Position numbers and translations under genes: made by a program. Below are positions 47,861 through 61,666 of a stretch of 64,000 bases of DNA, piece by piece. Position 1 is the stretch's first letter, and each line of letters opens with the position of its first letter. A model generated the notes under the pieces. The model was not told the DNA's origin. It saw only the letters and a list, made by a program, of their open reading frames with translations, and searched no databases. Source of the DNA: the human T2T-CHM13v2.0 reference genome, Homo sapiens; NCBI RefSeq assembly GCF_009914755.1, contig NC_060934.1. One strand, given 5' to 3'.

Positions 47861-49677
47861 CATATGTATTATTTTTAATGATTTTTAATATTTCACCTTA
47901 TGGATATGCCAGAATTTTCTAAACTATTTCTATATTGTTGTGCATTTCATTTGTTTTCAGTTTTGTGCCTTATAAATAACACTGTGGTGAACACTAAAAT
48001 AAAAATTTCTGCCCCCATTTCTGATGATTTCCTTGAGATAAATCCCTAGAAGTCTAGAAGTGAAATTAAAGGGTATGAATATTCCTAAGTTTCTTGATAC
48101 ATGTTGTCAGTTGATTTCTTTTAAAAAAATAGCTTATACTTAGAAAAAAGAGAAGCCCATCTCTTTATCTTCCAGGTAAAGATGGCAGATTGAACACACT
48201 AATTTTGTTCCTCTACCCCCTGCTTCAGTAGGGAGATTTTTTTGAAACTCATAAACTTTCAAGAACATGAGAGGAGAACAGCAGCACAGTCTGGGAGTCT
48301 GAGCAACAGATGGACGAGTGGTAACTGCTTTAGCAGATTTGGGAAGGCTGAATCCCCAGCTGGTGGTTGAGAAAATGGAAAATCAACTCCATGTACGCAG
48401 CTGAATCCTCAAAACACGCAGGAGTGGGTGGCACCAGGTGAGTCTCGGGGATGCTGAGAGTTGTTTCAGAAACAGTCAGGTCCCTAGTTCTGCTTCTTCG
48501 CTCTGTTGGCTGGGCCAGGGGTGGTTCCCCTCACCCCGTGCCTTGCATAAGTTTGCACATTATTCTCTGGAGAAGGTGAAGTTGGGCAATGCTGCCGTGG
48601 GACATCAGGTGCAGCAGAGGATCGGATAAGGACTTGGGAACCCCAATGGGCTAAGGGAGCCTATGTAGAGTGGATGCTGGTACCCCCAGTTCTCTCCCCC
48701 TAGACCCTTGGAATGCTCATACCCAGGCTGGGCCTCCAGGCTGGGGACTTAAGAAATCTTCCTTATGGAGGTTGTCCTGCACAAGAGCAAAGACTGTGAA
48801 GAGATGAATGCGCAGGTGTTTAGATGGACATGTATAGGGAAGTTCATAGTAGTCATTCCCTACTCACATACTTGGAGTTTCTAAACAGATTCTGAGTTCC
48901 TCACATTTAAACATGAGAAAATGACCAAGGATTGCCAGACATCTAAAGAAAGCATCTAACATGAAAGAAAGATACCAAAGCAAACTATGAGAGGACCTTG
49001 AGCACTACCTACCAGACACTACACATTAAAGTCAATTTGAGAGGACTAATAGGTATAAATGTGAAAGGTATAATAATAAAACTCCCAGCAGGAAACATAG
49101 GAGAATATTGTCATGACATGGAGGTAGGCAAATATTTCTTAAACTGGACAAAAAAAGCACTAATTATAAAATTAAAAATTAATTAAAATTCATTAAAATT
49201 TAGAATTTCTGTTCCTCAAAAGACACCATTTAGAGAATGAAAAAGTAAGCCACAGAGTGGAAACTAGATATTTTCAATTTATACATTAGACAAAGGGCTT
49301 CTATCCAGATTATACAAAGAACTCCTATAAATCAATACAAACCAGCCAATAAGAAAAGACTGCTTGAAAATGAAACATCTGCTAGAAATGACAGACCCAA
49401 AATAAGGATTGGAGGATAAAGTTGAGGAATCACTCAAAAATTGAACAAAAAGACCAAGGGATGGAAAACAAAACGATTGCGAAATTAGTGGACCAGTTCA
49501 GAAAGTAGGAAGAGAGAAAATAGAAAGGAGAAAATAATAAGTGAAATAATTCAAGAAAAATTTTCCAAATGAAAAGTTACAGTTTCAGGTTGAAGAGGTT
49601 CATGAATTCACAATGAATCAAAATAGAGCCATATAATGAAATTTCAAGGCCCTGAGGACAAACAAGCAATGTTATAA

Positions 49678-50130
<453 letters not shown>

Positions 50131-50223
50131 TGGAAGGAAAATGATTTTCAATCTTGAATTCTACCCAGTCTATCAATCAAACCTGAGGGTAGAATAAACA
50201 TTTCCAGACTTCAAAAAGTCTCA

Positions 50224-50584
<361 letters not shown>

Positions 50585-50834
50585 TTACCAGAATAACCAA
50601 GTAAACACAGAGAAAGGTATGGGTAACAAGAATCTGGAGAAGCAACAGAGAGACACAAACTGATGACTGTGACCAAAAGTATAATGCTGGTAAAATCTGG
50701 AAAGTCAAAATTACCAGAGAAGCTAATAAGCAGGAATGAGGAATTGCTGCAAAACAAAAACAGACCATTTTCTTTTCCTTGTAATTGCATCCCTACAAGG
50801 CTCACAAGCCAAGTTCCCACTGCTCTGGTGGCTG

Positions 50835-51102
50835 CACTCTGGGTATGGAGATAGAAATGCGATCCCAGGTTGGAGTCTGCAGAGAAATACTTCAACCTGC
50901 ATTGGGTCTGTGATTTTGGCAATATCTGATGTGGTGAGAAGAGTGACAGATGACCACTCTATAGCCTTCATTTGATTGTCAAGGGGGTCAGCATCTCTAA
51001 ATGTGCCTTTTTTTTCTCTTGTAAATGAATTCTTCACTTATGGTCCTATGTGATAAGTGACAAAATAATACACCAATGTTTTATGTAGAAAGTTGCTTTT
51101 TT
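50835..51102 (+). repeat. Direct repeat D (pairs with 45761-46027)
   Basis: Same alignment as repeat C; runs into the T tail of an Alu monomer. Confidence 0.96.
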
Positions 51103-51264
51103 TTTTTTTTTTTTTTTTGAGACAGAGTCTCACTCTGTTGCCCAGCCTGGAGTGCAGTGTCACAATCACCACTCACTGCAGTCTTGAGCTTCCGGGCTCA
51201 AGTGATCCTCCCACCTCAGGCTCCCAAAGTCCTGAAATTACAGGTGTGAGCCACCACTCCCAGC
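51097..51264 (-). mobile_element. Monomeric Alu (FRAM-like or recombined AluJ)
   Basis: Single ~145-bp arm plus poly-T. Confidence 0.85.
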
Positions 51265-52712
51265 AACATTACGGGTCCAGTTGGGGAAATGGTTGTGCTA
51301 TGTCCCATCCACGTGAAGGGATATTACGCACTTGTTAAAAATAGGTTTACTGCGAGTTTGTATCAAGATTTAAAAAATGCTTACAGTGTGTTGGTGAATA
51401 AAAAAATGACAGGGCACACTGCTGCATTACTGTGTGACAGCAATCACATGAAAGAAGTAATCTATGTAGAGGACGAGAAACTTCTTTGAAGAAGCAGTGA
51501 ACATTCACCAGCTGTTTCGGGGTGGACTATAGATGAGCTCCCTGCCCCCATTCTTTCTGCTTCCCCAATTTTTTAAAATGAGAAAATGACTGCTTTTATG
51601 ATAGAGATCAATATTAGCAGTAAGAAATGAGTGTATGTTAATTATCCCCTGTTCCGTAAAACTGCTTGGACTGCTGACAGGCTTCTCCAGAGCTGCCTCG
51701 ATTCCCCGGCCCAGTTCTGCCTTCGGATACCAGTTGTGCAGACATATTTGGGAGCAGACGTTGGCTCCTTCTTTCGCTTCTCTTCCCTACTCAGACATCA
51801 AACAATCAGCATTGTGTGGAGCACGTTATTGTTCTTAATGAGGCAACAGGCCCTATGTGATGGGACTCTGAGCACTGGGAGTGTTTTTTTTCTTTTGAGA
51901 TCTAAAAAATACTCTTGAGAAGTGCAGCAAGTGAATTGGGTGGTGGGAACTGGGCAGCCTGAAGATTCTTGCATCCTGTAAGAAAGAACCAAACCTCAAA
52001 TTGCAACTTGCTTATGTGTTTGTTTAAAAACCAGACCAGGTTAGTGTGCCAGGCGCACGGATTCTCTCTCTGCCGGTAGGAGTGTGAATTCGCACAGCCT
52101 TTCTAGAGGACAATCTGGCAACGCTCAAGAAAAGCCTTATGGTTCTGTACATCCTTTGAGGGAGCAATTCTACAAATAGGGATTTGTTCTAAGGATATAA
52201 TTCTGGATGTTTGTAAAAATAGAGTTGTAAAGTCCATCATAGCAGAGCTTATAATAATGAACAGTCGGAAACAATAGTAAGAGGTTGGTTCCATAAATTA
52301 TGATACATTTATGTAATGGCATCTTATATTTTGGAGAAGATGCAATAAAAAAGAAGCTAGTCAAAATATATTGTTGTATGAAAAAAGCTGGCTATCACGT
52401 GGAACATAATAGCATGAACCATTCTGTATTGAAAGTATATACTTGCTAATTAAAAATGATGGAAAATTATACACATTTATTCTCCAAACACTGACCGAGG
52501 ATCTACAATTTGCCAGAACCCCTACGTGGCTGGTGCCAAGATAAATAACACATCCCCCACCCTCGGGGGGTCAGGGTGGGTTGGCTTCATCACACAAGCA
52601 AAGAAGTGTGGTTGGCAGCTTTGGTGTGGCCTGGCAAAGGGACCCCCTACCTAGGCTTTTGAGGGGCAATGGGGGAGCCTCGGTTGGGAGAGTTTCTGGG
52701 AACAGAGGAAAG

Positions 52713-52998
52713 TTTTTTATTTCCAAAAATTTTGGGGGAACAGGTGGTATTTGCTTACATGAGTAGGTTCTTTACTCATGGTGATTTTGGTATACCCATC
52801 TCCCGAGCAGAATACACTGAACCCAACTTGTAGTCTTTTATCCCTCACCCCATTCTCATCTGTTCCCCCTGAGTCTCCAAAGTCCATTGTGTCATTCTTA
52901 TGCCTTTGCATCCTCATAGCTTTGCTCCCACTTATGAGTGAGAACATATGATGTTTGATTTTCAATTCCTAAGTTACTTCACTTAGAAAAATAGTCTA
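52713..52998 (-). mobile_element. L1PB-type 3' end
   Basis: GGGGAACAGGTGGTATTTG.TTACATGAGT...CCAAAGTCCATTGT.TCATTCTTATGCCTTTGC. Confidence 0.85.
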
Positions 52999-54089
52999 GA
53001 GAAAGCAAATTCTAGGGAAGTGGAAGCAGTGAGGAGCTGTATCTAACATTGAGAAAGGGGAAAAGGCTGCGTGTTGGAACCTGAAACCCAGACCCCCCAG
53101 ACTTCCTGGGGGGTGGCAGGCCCTCTGGGTAGTGGGGGACGTGGTGTACCTGAGGAGACCAGATTAAGCCCCAAGCACAAAAACAGAGGAGCTGCTCTCT
53201 TTCCTGGGCCCACAAGATGTACTATGGAGGCCGACTTGGTCTGGAGGCCAAATGCCCTTTCTAGGAATGTTCTAGATAACGCTGGGCCTCTAGGGCCCTT
53301 GGAGAATCTAGGAAGGGGTCAGAACTCCCCAAACAACTGAGATTGCATCACCTGCCAGCCCAGTGCATGAAGGTCTCTGACAAGGTTAAATTTCACACAG
53401 AGAGAAAAAAGCTTGTGACATTTCTCGAGATTTTGTTGCTGTAGATTAAAATTCTACCACTTACACTTGGTTTTCAGATGTCTTTCTTGATCTAAGGAAG
53501 TAATTCAAATAGAGACCTGGGTCAAAATGCATTGGTGTTTAAAATGTTAGTAGCTTCGCAAGATTCATTTCCAAAGAGGGAACAGTTCACACTTCCAGCA
53601 GCTTTCCTGTATGCCAACCAGCACTGTGTGTTATTAACATTTTTGTTTTTTTGACTCTATGCTGGGTTAAACACTCATTATGTTAATGTGCATTTGCCTG
53701 GCTACTGATGAGCTCGAGCGTCTTTTCATGTGTTTATAGTTCACATGCACCTTTTTCCTGTGGCTTTTTTGCTTGTTATAATTGCAGGTGATTTGCCTTT
53801 GCGTTCCTGGGACGCCTTTCTCAATCATTCCATTTGGAAGTAGGTGTTTGGTACCTTGGTGCCTCTAATTAGCTAGGATCCCTCTTGCAAACTGATTTTG
53901 TTTGGCTTTGTATTATGGGATGTTCAAGAGTATGTTCATTCCCTGCTTCCTTCCCCAAAGATGGGAAGGTGCTGCGTCATGAGGAGGTGCTTATCTGCGT
54001 CTTCCACCAGACTGAACTTCATGATGGCTGGGATCAGGACCCCTTTGACTTTGTGCTTATCCTTCCACTATTTACACAAGTACTTTGAA

Positions 54090-54850
54090 TTGAGGTCTCA
54101 GAGTGTTCCCCCACACATTATTTATTAATCCTAAGGTTTTTTTTTTTTTTTTTTGTACTTTACAGTGGAGAAATTTGGCAGATAGAACCTTAACCACATG
54201 GCTGGAGCTAAAGTCACCAATAGGCAGATGCGCTAATGTAACTGAGGACCCGGTGTCACTTGGGTTGCTATGGTTCTGCCCAAAATGCATGTCCTCAATC
54301 CAATGACTAATCCAACAAACTCAATTGAAGAACATGCTACAAAGCAACTGGCCTATGCTCTTCAAAGCTGCCAGCGTCAGGAAAGGCAGACAAGCTTCAG
54401 ATCTGGTCCCCATAAAACAGAAACTAGAGCCGTGACCGTTGATGCAATATGTGCTTGCTGGGTGGATCCAGTCAGAAAAACATTGCTTTACAGGATGTTC
54501 CTGGGACAACTGGGAGTTTGTGTAACGACTGCATGATAATAGTATGGTGTCAAGGTTAAATTTCCAGAATTTGATCATTATACTGTGGTTACATAAGAGA
54601 ATGTCTTTGTTCTTAGGAAATTAATGCTGAAGTATTTAGGGGTGATAGGTCATGATTCTGCAACTTATTCTCAATTAGTTCAGTCAAAAAAAAAATCCAT
54701 TATAGACATATGAGAAAGACAGAGCGAGGTGGTGATGGGGAAGAGGAAGCAAATGTGGTTAAATGTTAACAATTGATGAATGTCAGTGAAAGGAATATGA
54801 GTGGTTATCACACTTTTTAAAAAGTAAGTTTGGCATTTTCTAAAACAAAA
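54090..54850 (+). mobile_element. L1MC4/L1ME-like 3'UTR remnant
   Basis: TTTACAGTGGAGAAA..TGGCAGA...CCTTAACCA; TACTGTGGTTA..TAAGAGAATGTC.TTGTTCTTAGGAAA. Confidence 0.7.
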
Positions 54851-55149
54851 TGTAATTTCTCGTGTTGGGCGAGAGGATTGAGAGCTCTCAAGTCATATTG
54901 AAATCAAGTGCCTTTTCTGGAGTGGCCCAGGTTGGAGGACAAGATTTAGCACCTGCCAGAGTATTGCATCCGTGATATTAATGGTGGCTTACAGCAACTT
55001 CTCTTTGTGTCAACTTTCATGAGTTTTGTAGATAAAGACAGTTGAGAATGCATTCTGGCACTTCTTTAGTATCATCTCATACACTCTGAACCCAGTATCA
55101 ACTTATCCCAAACCAAATTCAACCACAAGGCTGTTGCTGCTGCTTAAAG

Positions 55150-55565
55150 AGGAGTAAACACTTGGCCATGTTCTGGGAAATCTGCTGAGCTCAGGGGATC
55201 ATTCTGTAAGACACTTAAGATCCAGCTCTGAAGATCTGTGCCACACCCTGCTTCTGGTGTTAGTGGCTCACGGTAGATGTCTGTGTCAATCAAATTAACT
55301 GAATAATGTTTTGGCTCTTTACTCTGAGTTCTGCAGATCTGCAGCAAAGAAAGGCCTTTGTGTGCCACATGTAGAATTGAGATCAATGAAAGAAGTGTGG
55401 TTTATGATGCACCAGAACAAAGGAAGCCTGACAGGCAACAGGTGTCAGATGGAGAAACAGAAAGTCCAGCATCCATGTGTCCATCATCCTGACACTGACT
55501 GGGACAGATAGCACATTCACTGTAAAGTTTTCTTGGGTTATTAGGACTGTTTTAAAAACAGAAAG
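55150..55565 (-). repeat. Inverted repeat arm B (pairs with 45316-45731)
   Basis: Reverse complement of arm A; near-identical ORF translations in the track. Confidence 0.97.
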
Positions 55566-57949
55566 ACTGTATTTACATTAGCACTTTAATGACACTGTAG
55601 CAGAAAACAGAATTAATTTAAGATGGTTTTGCCTTCTGGTCAGGATGGTTGCAGATACTGGGCTGCGGAAGAGGGCAGGTGGCAATGGAGCCAATCGGTG
55701 GGGACAGGACTGCTCATGGAGCATTGAGAAGGAAGCCTCTGGGAAGAGGATTCAGAACCAGACAAGGAAAGGACCTGAGGTAACAGTGAGAGCCATGGAA
55801 GGTTGTAGGGAGGGAGCATTCTCCTGGAGCTGGAAAACTGGCCAGCCCGGGTACCCAGGGCTCCACTGCTGCAAGTCCCTGCACTGAGCTCAGCTCAGTG
55901 GGCGTTCTGGGTCCCACAGTGCTGAGGAAGAAACGTGGAGAATTTTTACAGGGAAAACAGGGATGAACAGGAAGGAAGGGCTGGAAATAGGAGCTTGGAT
56001 AAACAGTGCTGGACATGGAATTCCTCAGTCTGGAGAAGAGCTGAGTGGGAGGTTTGTCAAATAAATTAAGTCTATGGCCAAGACTATTTTAGATGTGGGG
56101 AAACAAAGGCAAACACTTCAGGATCCCTGCCCCTAAAGGAAGAGAGACGGGGACATAAACGAAGTTCTCCTGCAGTCAAGGGCAGACCTGATTTGTGGCT
56201 CCAACTGTGGGTTTCACAGTCTAGTATGATCATAACACACAATGTTGGGCACTGACATAGAGTTGCTAACTTTTTATTTACTCAAATTGAGAAGACATTT
56301 AAAAACTCAGACTCACCTACTATCACCATTATTTTAAGAAACAGGGGCTTTCCACCACCAGGAAAGCTGGAAGCCCTGATTTTCAGAGCAGAGGACAGGG
56401 CTGAATATGTTTAGTTCAGTAGGAGTGCACTTCCTTATTTTCTTTTTTTGTTCAAACCAATGCAAACTTCCTCTGGTGTGGCAGACACTCCAGCAGGGTG
56501 GCCACCTCCGCTCAGAGCCCTGGAGCCTGCAGCTTCAATGGAGCAATTAACCTGAGGGCTGCAGGACGCTCGCCTGTTAGCTGCGCTGTTGCCCTCTGGA
56601 GAGCCCTGGCCTTCTAATTAATGGAACAGGGATGGCTTTACTGTGCGCTAACAAAGGGACTTAGGTGATTGGAGGCAGGTGACTTCTGGACTTAATGCAG
56701 TGATTTGATTTGATTTGTGACCTTTACTCCCCATTTTAAGCAGAAGAATGAACGCCTATAATTGTGTACTGTGTTATTTCTTCTTCTGTATTTAACCTTC
56801 TATATTACCTCCAGGCGAATGCCTGCTCTTCCCCGGGCCCCAGGAGAGGGCTACCTTGTTTACTCATTTCATCCTCAATCCTCCCCTCCCTTCCCAAGCT
56901 GACATTTTCAGCTAAACTGGAAAAAGGGAAAAAAGTGTAGATAAATTGTTAAGATTCTCTATTTCTTGATTCTGAGCTGAAGACTTCCTTCTGGTTTCAG
57001 AAGAAGCAGAGCTACCTGACTGGAGTTTTTTCACAAATCTGGCCCCATTTAATTTAGGCAAATATTAGGGGCACATTGGTGTGAAGCCCTCATCCCCACT
57101 GCACCCTTCTCCCACCGCGGTGCAGCCAGGCTGTGGAGGAGCTGACTCAGATCAAGGGTGGGCAACGCGGGGCTGAGGTCAGTGTCCTGCTTGCCAATGG
57201 CGGGGCAATACTGGCTGCTGAGATTTGAGGTTTTCTCTGGCAGCTTCTGAGAATATTCACCTGACTCAAGAGAGCCAGGATTTCTTTCTCCCTCTGAATG
57301 CGCAAGAAGCAGCCTGTCGCTCTCAATGCTGTAGTCAGTGGTCTTATAACCAGGAGTGAACCAGTCGTAGGACGGAGCTAATGATGAAGATGGTAGAAAC
57401 AGAGAGACGGGCAGACTCTGGAATTAGAGAGTTTGGTGGCATCATTGGGCTGCCTGGTCAACCATCCCTGACACCCAGTCCACCTGAAGTTTGGTGCCCT
57501 GTGAGTCAATGACTTCCTTCTGCTGAAGCCAGTTTATGCTGGGGTTTTGCTTCTTGTAGCCACAGCCTCCTAACTGATACCACACCCACTTTTACTCTTT
57601 CCTCCTTGTTTAACTTGAATAGGCATGCTTTCTTCTGCTTCTCATGAATTCCTCCACCACCTCTACCCTGCTCCTCTGGGGACTTGTGAATGTGTATATG
57701 TGTGCGCACACACACACACAGAACTGTTGAAATAAATTGGTTAATGAATTGTCCTTTCTCCTTCCTGAGCCTCCCAATTTCTTCCTGTGTCCTACTCAGG
57801 TTGTCTGAGCTCCACATCCTCCAAGACCGAGTTGAAATGTTACCTTCCTGAAGAGCCTTCCTGATTCCTAAGGGGATTGCTCACCTCTCGTTTATGCCTC
57901 CATTGGGCATTGATTACGGATGGCGGAGCAACCAGGAGGCTTCTAAGGG

Positions 57950-58380
57950 GTCAGTATTAGGATATGGTTTCAGCTGTGTATGAAAAAGACCTAATACCAT
58001 GGCTTAACTGAGGTATCTATCACTTACCTGAAAGTCTGAGCAGGAATGTGGGTTTGCACCACAAAACCATCAGAGCACAAGCTCCTTCTCTCTTGTGGCT
58101 CCACAATCCCTAACATATTGCTCTTTCGTGCATGGTGCAACATGGCTGGCCACCATGTAGGGGAGGAAGCATGGGGGGAAAGGGAGGACACACCCCTTCC
58201 CTTTAAAGACACAACTTTACTTCTGCTCTCATCCCATTGGCTAGAAGTTAATAAAATAGCCTCGGCTAGCTGCAAAGGAGTCTGGGAAATGTAGTCTTGA
58301 TAGTCAGTCATTGTGTGTCCAGGAAGAGTTTGATTACAGTGGAAGGAGGAGGGATTAGATATAGGGGGACCAGTCTCTGT
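57950..58380. mobile_element. Old MaLR LTR remnant (MLT1-type)
   Basis: TCCCATTGGCTAGAA...CTAGCTGCAAAGGAG.CTGGGAAATGTAGTC motif. Confidence 0.55.
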
Positions 58381-60779
58381 AAACATCAATGGTATCAATC
58401 ACAGATGCTTCTTAAGGCAGGCTTCCACATATGACTCCTTACTCAACAGGTAAAATATAACTTAGTTCCATTCTCACCGAAGGAGAAAGCCAGTGGAGCA
58501 GAAAATTCCCTGCCGGTGCCAGCCCAGTGAGAGATGCTGCACCAGGCACAGGCAAGGTACAAAGCAACCTCAGGCCACACCCTCTAGCCTGGGGCCCCTT
58601 AGCAACAGCTACCTGGAGTCGGCATCTCAGGACACCAAATTCTGAAACTAAAATAGTGCATGGCACAGTGCTATTTACTGTGAATGAGGAATTTCTTTCA
58701 TTATCTACATTTTATATAATCTAATATGACTCCACTCCCCACACGACACTTGACTGGTGTGGTGAATCACAGAACAGAGCAGAAATGAAAATATGCACTA
58801 CAGCAGCATGAGAAATGTCCTGTTGGCAGCAAAACCTGAACAAGAACTTTCAGCTGCATTTTGAATGAGTCTTTGTCACCATACCCACACAGAACACCAC
58901 ACTCCTTAGCGCAGATGAGGGGCTGATGCTCCCCAGTTTGGGGTGTCAAAAATTTGCTGAAGGAAAGACAGTGTCAAATAAGCTGTAATATTCTGCTCAG
59001 TACATGCAATAAGTTGCTTATTTCAACCAAAAAGAAAAGCCATGCTATTCTTATGAATTAAAAAAAAGAATTTCTTCTACTCCTCTGACTGTTAAACAAA
59101 TATTTAAAAGGTGTTGTTTTGAAGGAGAGTGGCCAATCACTAAGAGCCTGCTCCCAGGTCAACCACAGTCTTTGCTGGGTCTCTTGCTAGACACAGGCGT
59201 TGCATTGTTTGTGAATAATTCCCTCTCCCCAGAGTGAACTCCAAGATCCTTGAGGTCAAGAATGTGCCTTCAGTCTCAACGTCCCCAAATACTGGGAGCT
59301 ATATGTGAAGCCCTAAGAGTGCTGCCTTTGTGGTGACCTGTCATCTGTGGCTTTTCTTTGCCAGCTTCATCCTGTAGGCGAGATCGATGAGGCGCCCACT
59401 GTTCTCATCGGCAGCACTGCAATGGTATTTCCCAGACCACACTGGTAGCAGGTGAGTATTAGGACCTGGATGAAGGCTCTGCAGTGAAGTCAGTGGGAGA
59501 ATCTCTGCCTCCAACACTCAGCTTTTGGAAATTCACATTTACAGTGCACATTTGAATCCCAGAGTCTCTGAAAAGGCCTGCTGTAAATAAATAGTTTGAT
59601 TTAACTTTGTTCACTCCAGTGTGTCCCAAACTTACATAACCACACTTTTTTGGAGTTATATTTTATTTTCTTTAAAAAGTTATTCTTATGACATATTTCG
59701 AGCACTCAGGAAAGGCTAGAGGACAGCATGGTAAGTATTCTGGGGTTGATCACCTGCTGTGTTCAGTCTTAACATCTGGTCATATTATAACAGATTAAAA
59801 AAAATCAACCCCCTTTTTTTTTTTTTACCTAACTCTTACTGAGATTGTAAGGGGCCTACAGTGGGAAATGCTGGCCTGCTAAGCAGGCTCCCTCATCAGG
59901 CTTGGTCCCATATGCAGCCTCCACACCACTGCTAATCAGCCCTCCTAAATTAGCATTCCCATGGCAATGCCCTCTTTCCTCACAACACTTTCCCTGGCTC
60001 CGCACTGCTCCCCAAGGAAAGTCTCCACCTGTCTTCCAGAGTCCTCATTTTCCGACCTTGACAACCACTGTCTGAGCCTTGGGGTCTTTCTAGTGGGGAG
60101 CACGTGCTGTTGCTCAGAAGCCCATGGTTCATAGCATTCGCTCTGTCTCACCCAGGCCTTCTCTCTTGCCTCTAGTTAGAGTTCGCCCTTTAAGGCCCTC
60201 TTCAAATGTCCCTTCCCTCAAGATCCTTTACTGGTTCACCTCAGCCTCTGCCGTTCTAGAGGCGGATCTATATCATGCCTCTGTAGACACCTGTCGCTTC
60301 TGGGAGTTTTTAGTCACTCTTGTATTCAAGCTCTTTGAGGACAGGGACTCTGTTTCTTACAACTTTGCATTCTGTAGCTCTTGGCACAGAGTGCAGCCTT
60401 CACAGATGGTGGTTGAGTATGTGAATGAATGAATGAAGGAATGAGGGAATGAGTGGATACAACATGCAATGTCTTTGGATGATCTTGAGAGCTGGGATTG
60501 GAGAGTGTGGTGAAAGAAAAACCTGGAATGACCACAAAAGTAGTGTTTCATGAAGATTTGGCGCCGACAAGGAGTTTAGCTTAGGAAATTGAAGGAATGC
60601 TGGCCCTTACAGCGAGACCACCAGCAGGCATGAGCAGGGGCACAAAGCCAATTCTGGACTTGTTGGTGTGAAGTGACTATGGACAACTCCCAGAAGTGAA
60701 GATGAGAATTGCCTCTACCAGTGAGGACCCAGGTGACCAGATTAGGGTTATAAAAGGAGATTTGGGGGTTGCTCAGAAA

Positions 60780-61345
60780 AGTTAAGCATAGAATTGACTC
60801 TGCAATTCCACTCCTAGGTGTATACCCAAAGGACTGAAAACAGGTGTTCAAACAAAAACTTGTACACTCATGTTCAAAGCAGCACTATTCACAATCAGCA
60901 AAATGTGGAAACAACCCAAATGTCCATCAGGTGACAAATGGATAAACAAATCATGGTCTATCCATACAATGGAATATCATTCAGCCATGAAAGTATGAAG
61001 TTCTGACACACGCTACAATGTGGATGAACCTTGAGGATATTATGATGAGTGAAAGAAGCCAGACACAAAGATCATACATTGTATGCTCCACTGTGAACTG
61101 TCCAGAATAGGTAAATCCATAGGGACAGTAAGGAGATTAATGGTTACCAGGGGCTGGGGAGAAGGAGTGGGAAGAGTGACTGCCTGATGGTTATAGGGTC
61201 TCCTTTGGGGGAGAAGAAAATGTTCTGGAACTTGATAGAGGTGGTGAGCACACAAAATTGGGAATGAACTAAATGTCATTGAATTGTACACTTTAAAATT
61301 ATTCCTTTTACGTTATGTGAATTTCATCTTAATAAAGAAACTTAA
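60780..61345 (+). mobile_element. L1MB-type 3' end
   Basis: GCAATTCCACTCCTAGGT.TATACCCAAA...AACAACCCAAATGTCCATCA...GAATTGTACACTTTAAAA. Confidence 0.88.
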
Positions 61346-61666
61346 AAAGAAGGGGGGATTTGGGAATCTCCAGCCTGGGGAAAATGATAGCCTCTATCAA
61401 GAAACCATCGGAAGAGAAGTGCCCAAGGAACTGGAAGTGGCAGGGGAGTTCGAATGAGAAGGACAGAAGCAATCTGAGAAGTAGAAGGAGGACCTGAGGC
61501 TCCAGCAGTGGGGAAGGGAGGTATAAGTGGGGAGCATGTGGCCAGCAGCGCTTGGCATGGGAGAGCAGTTGGAGAATGAAGAGCTGTAGGAAATGTCACT
61601 GGGCTTAATTATTTAATGCTTCTTTACTGAGCACCTGCTATATGCCAGGCTCTCTACTGGTGACTG

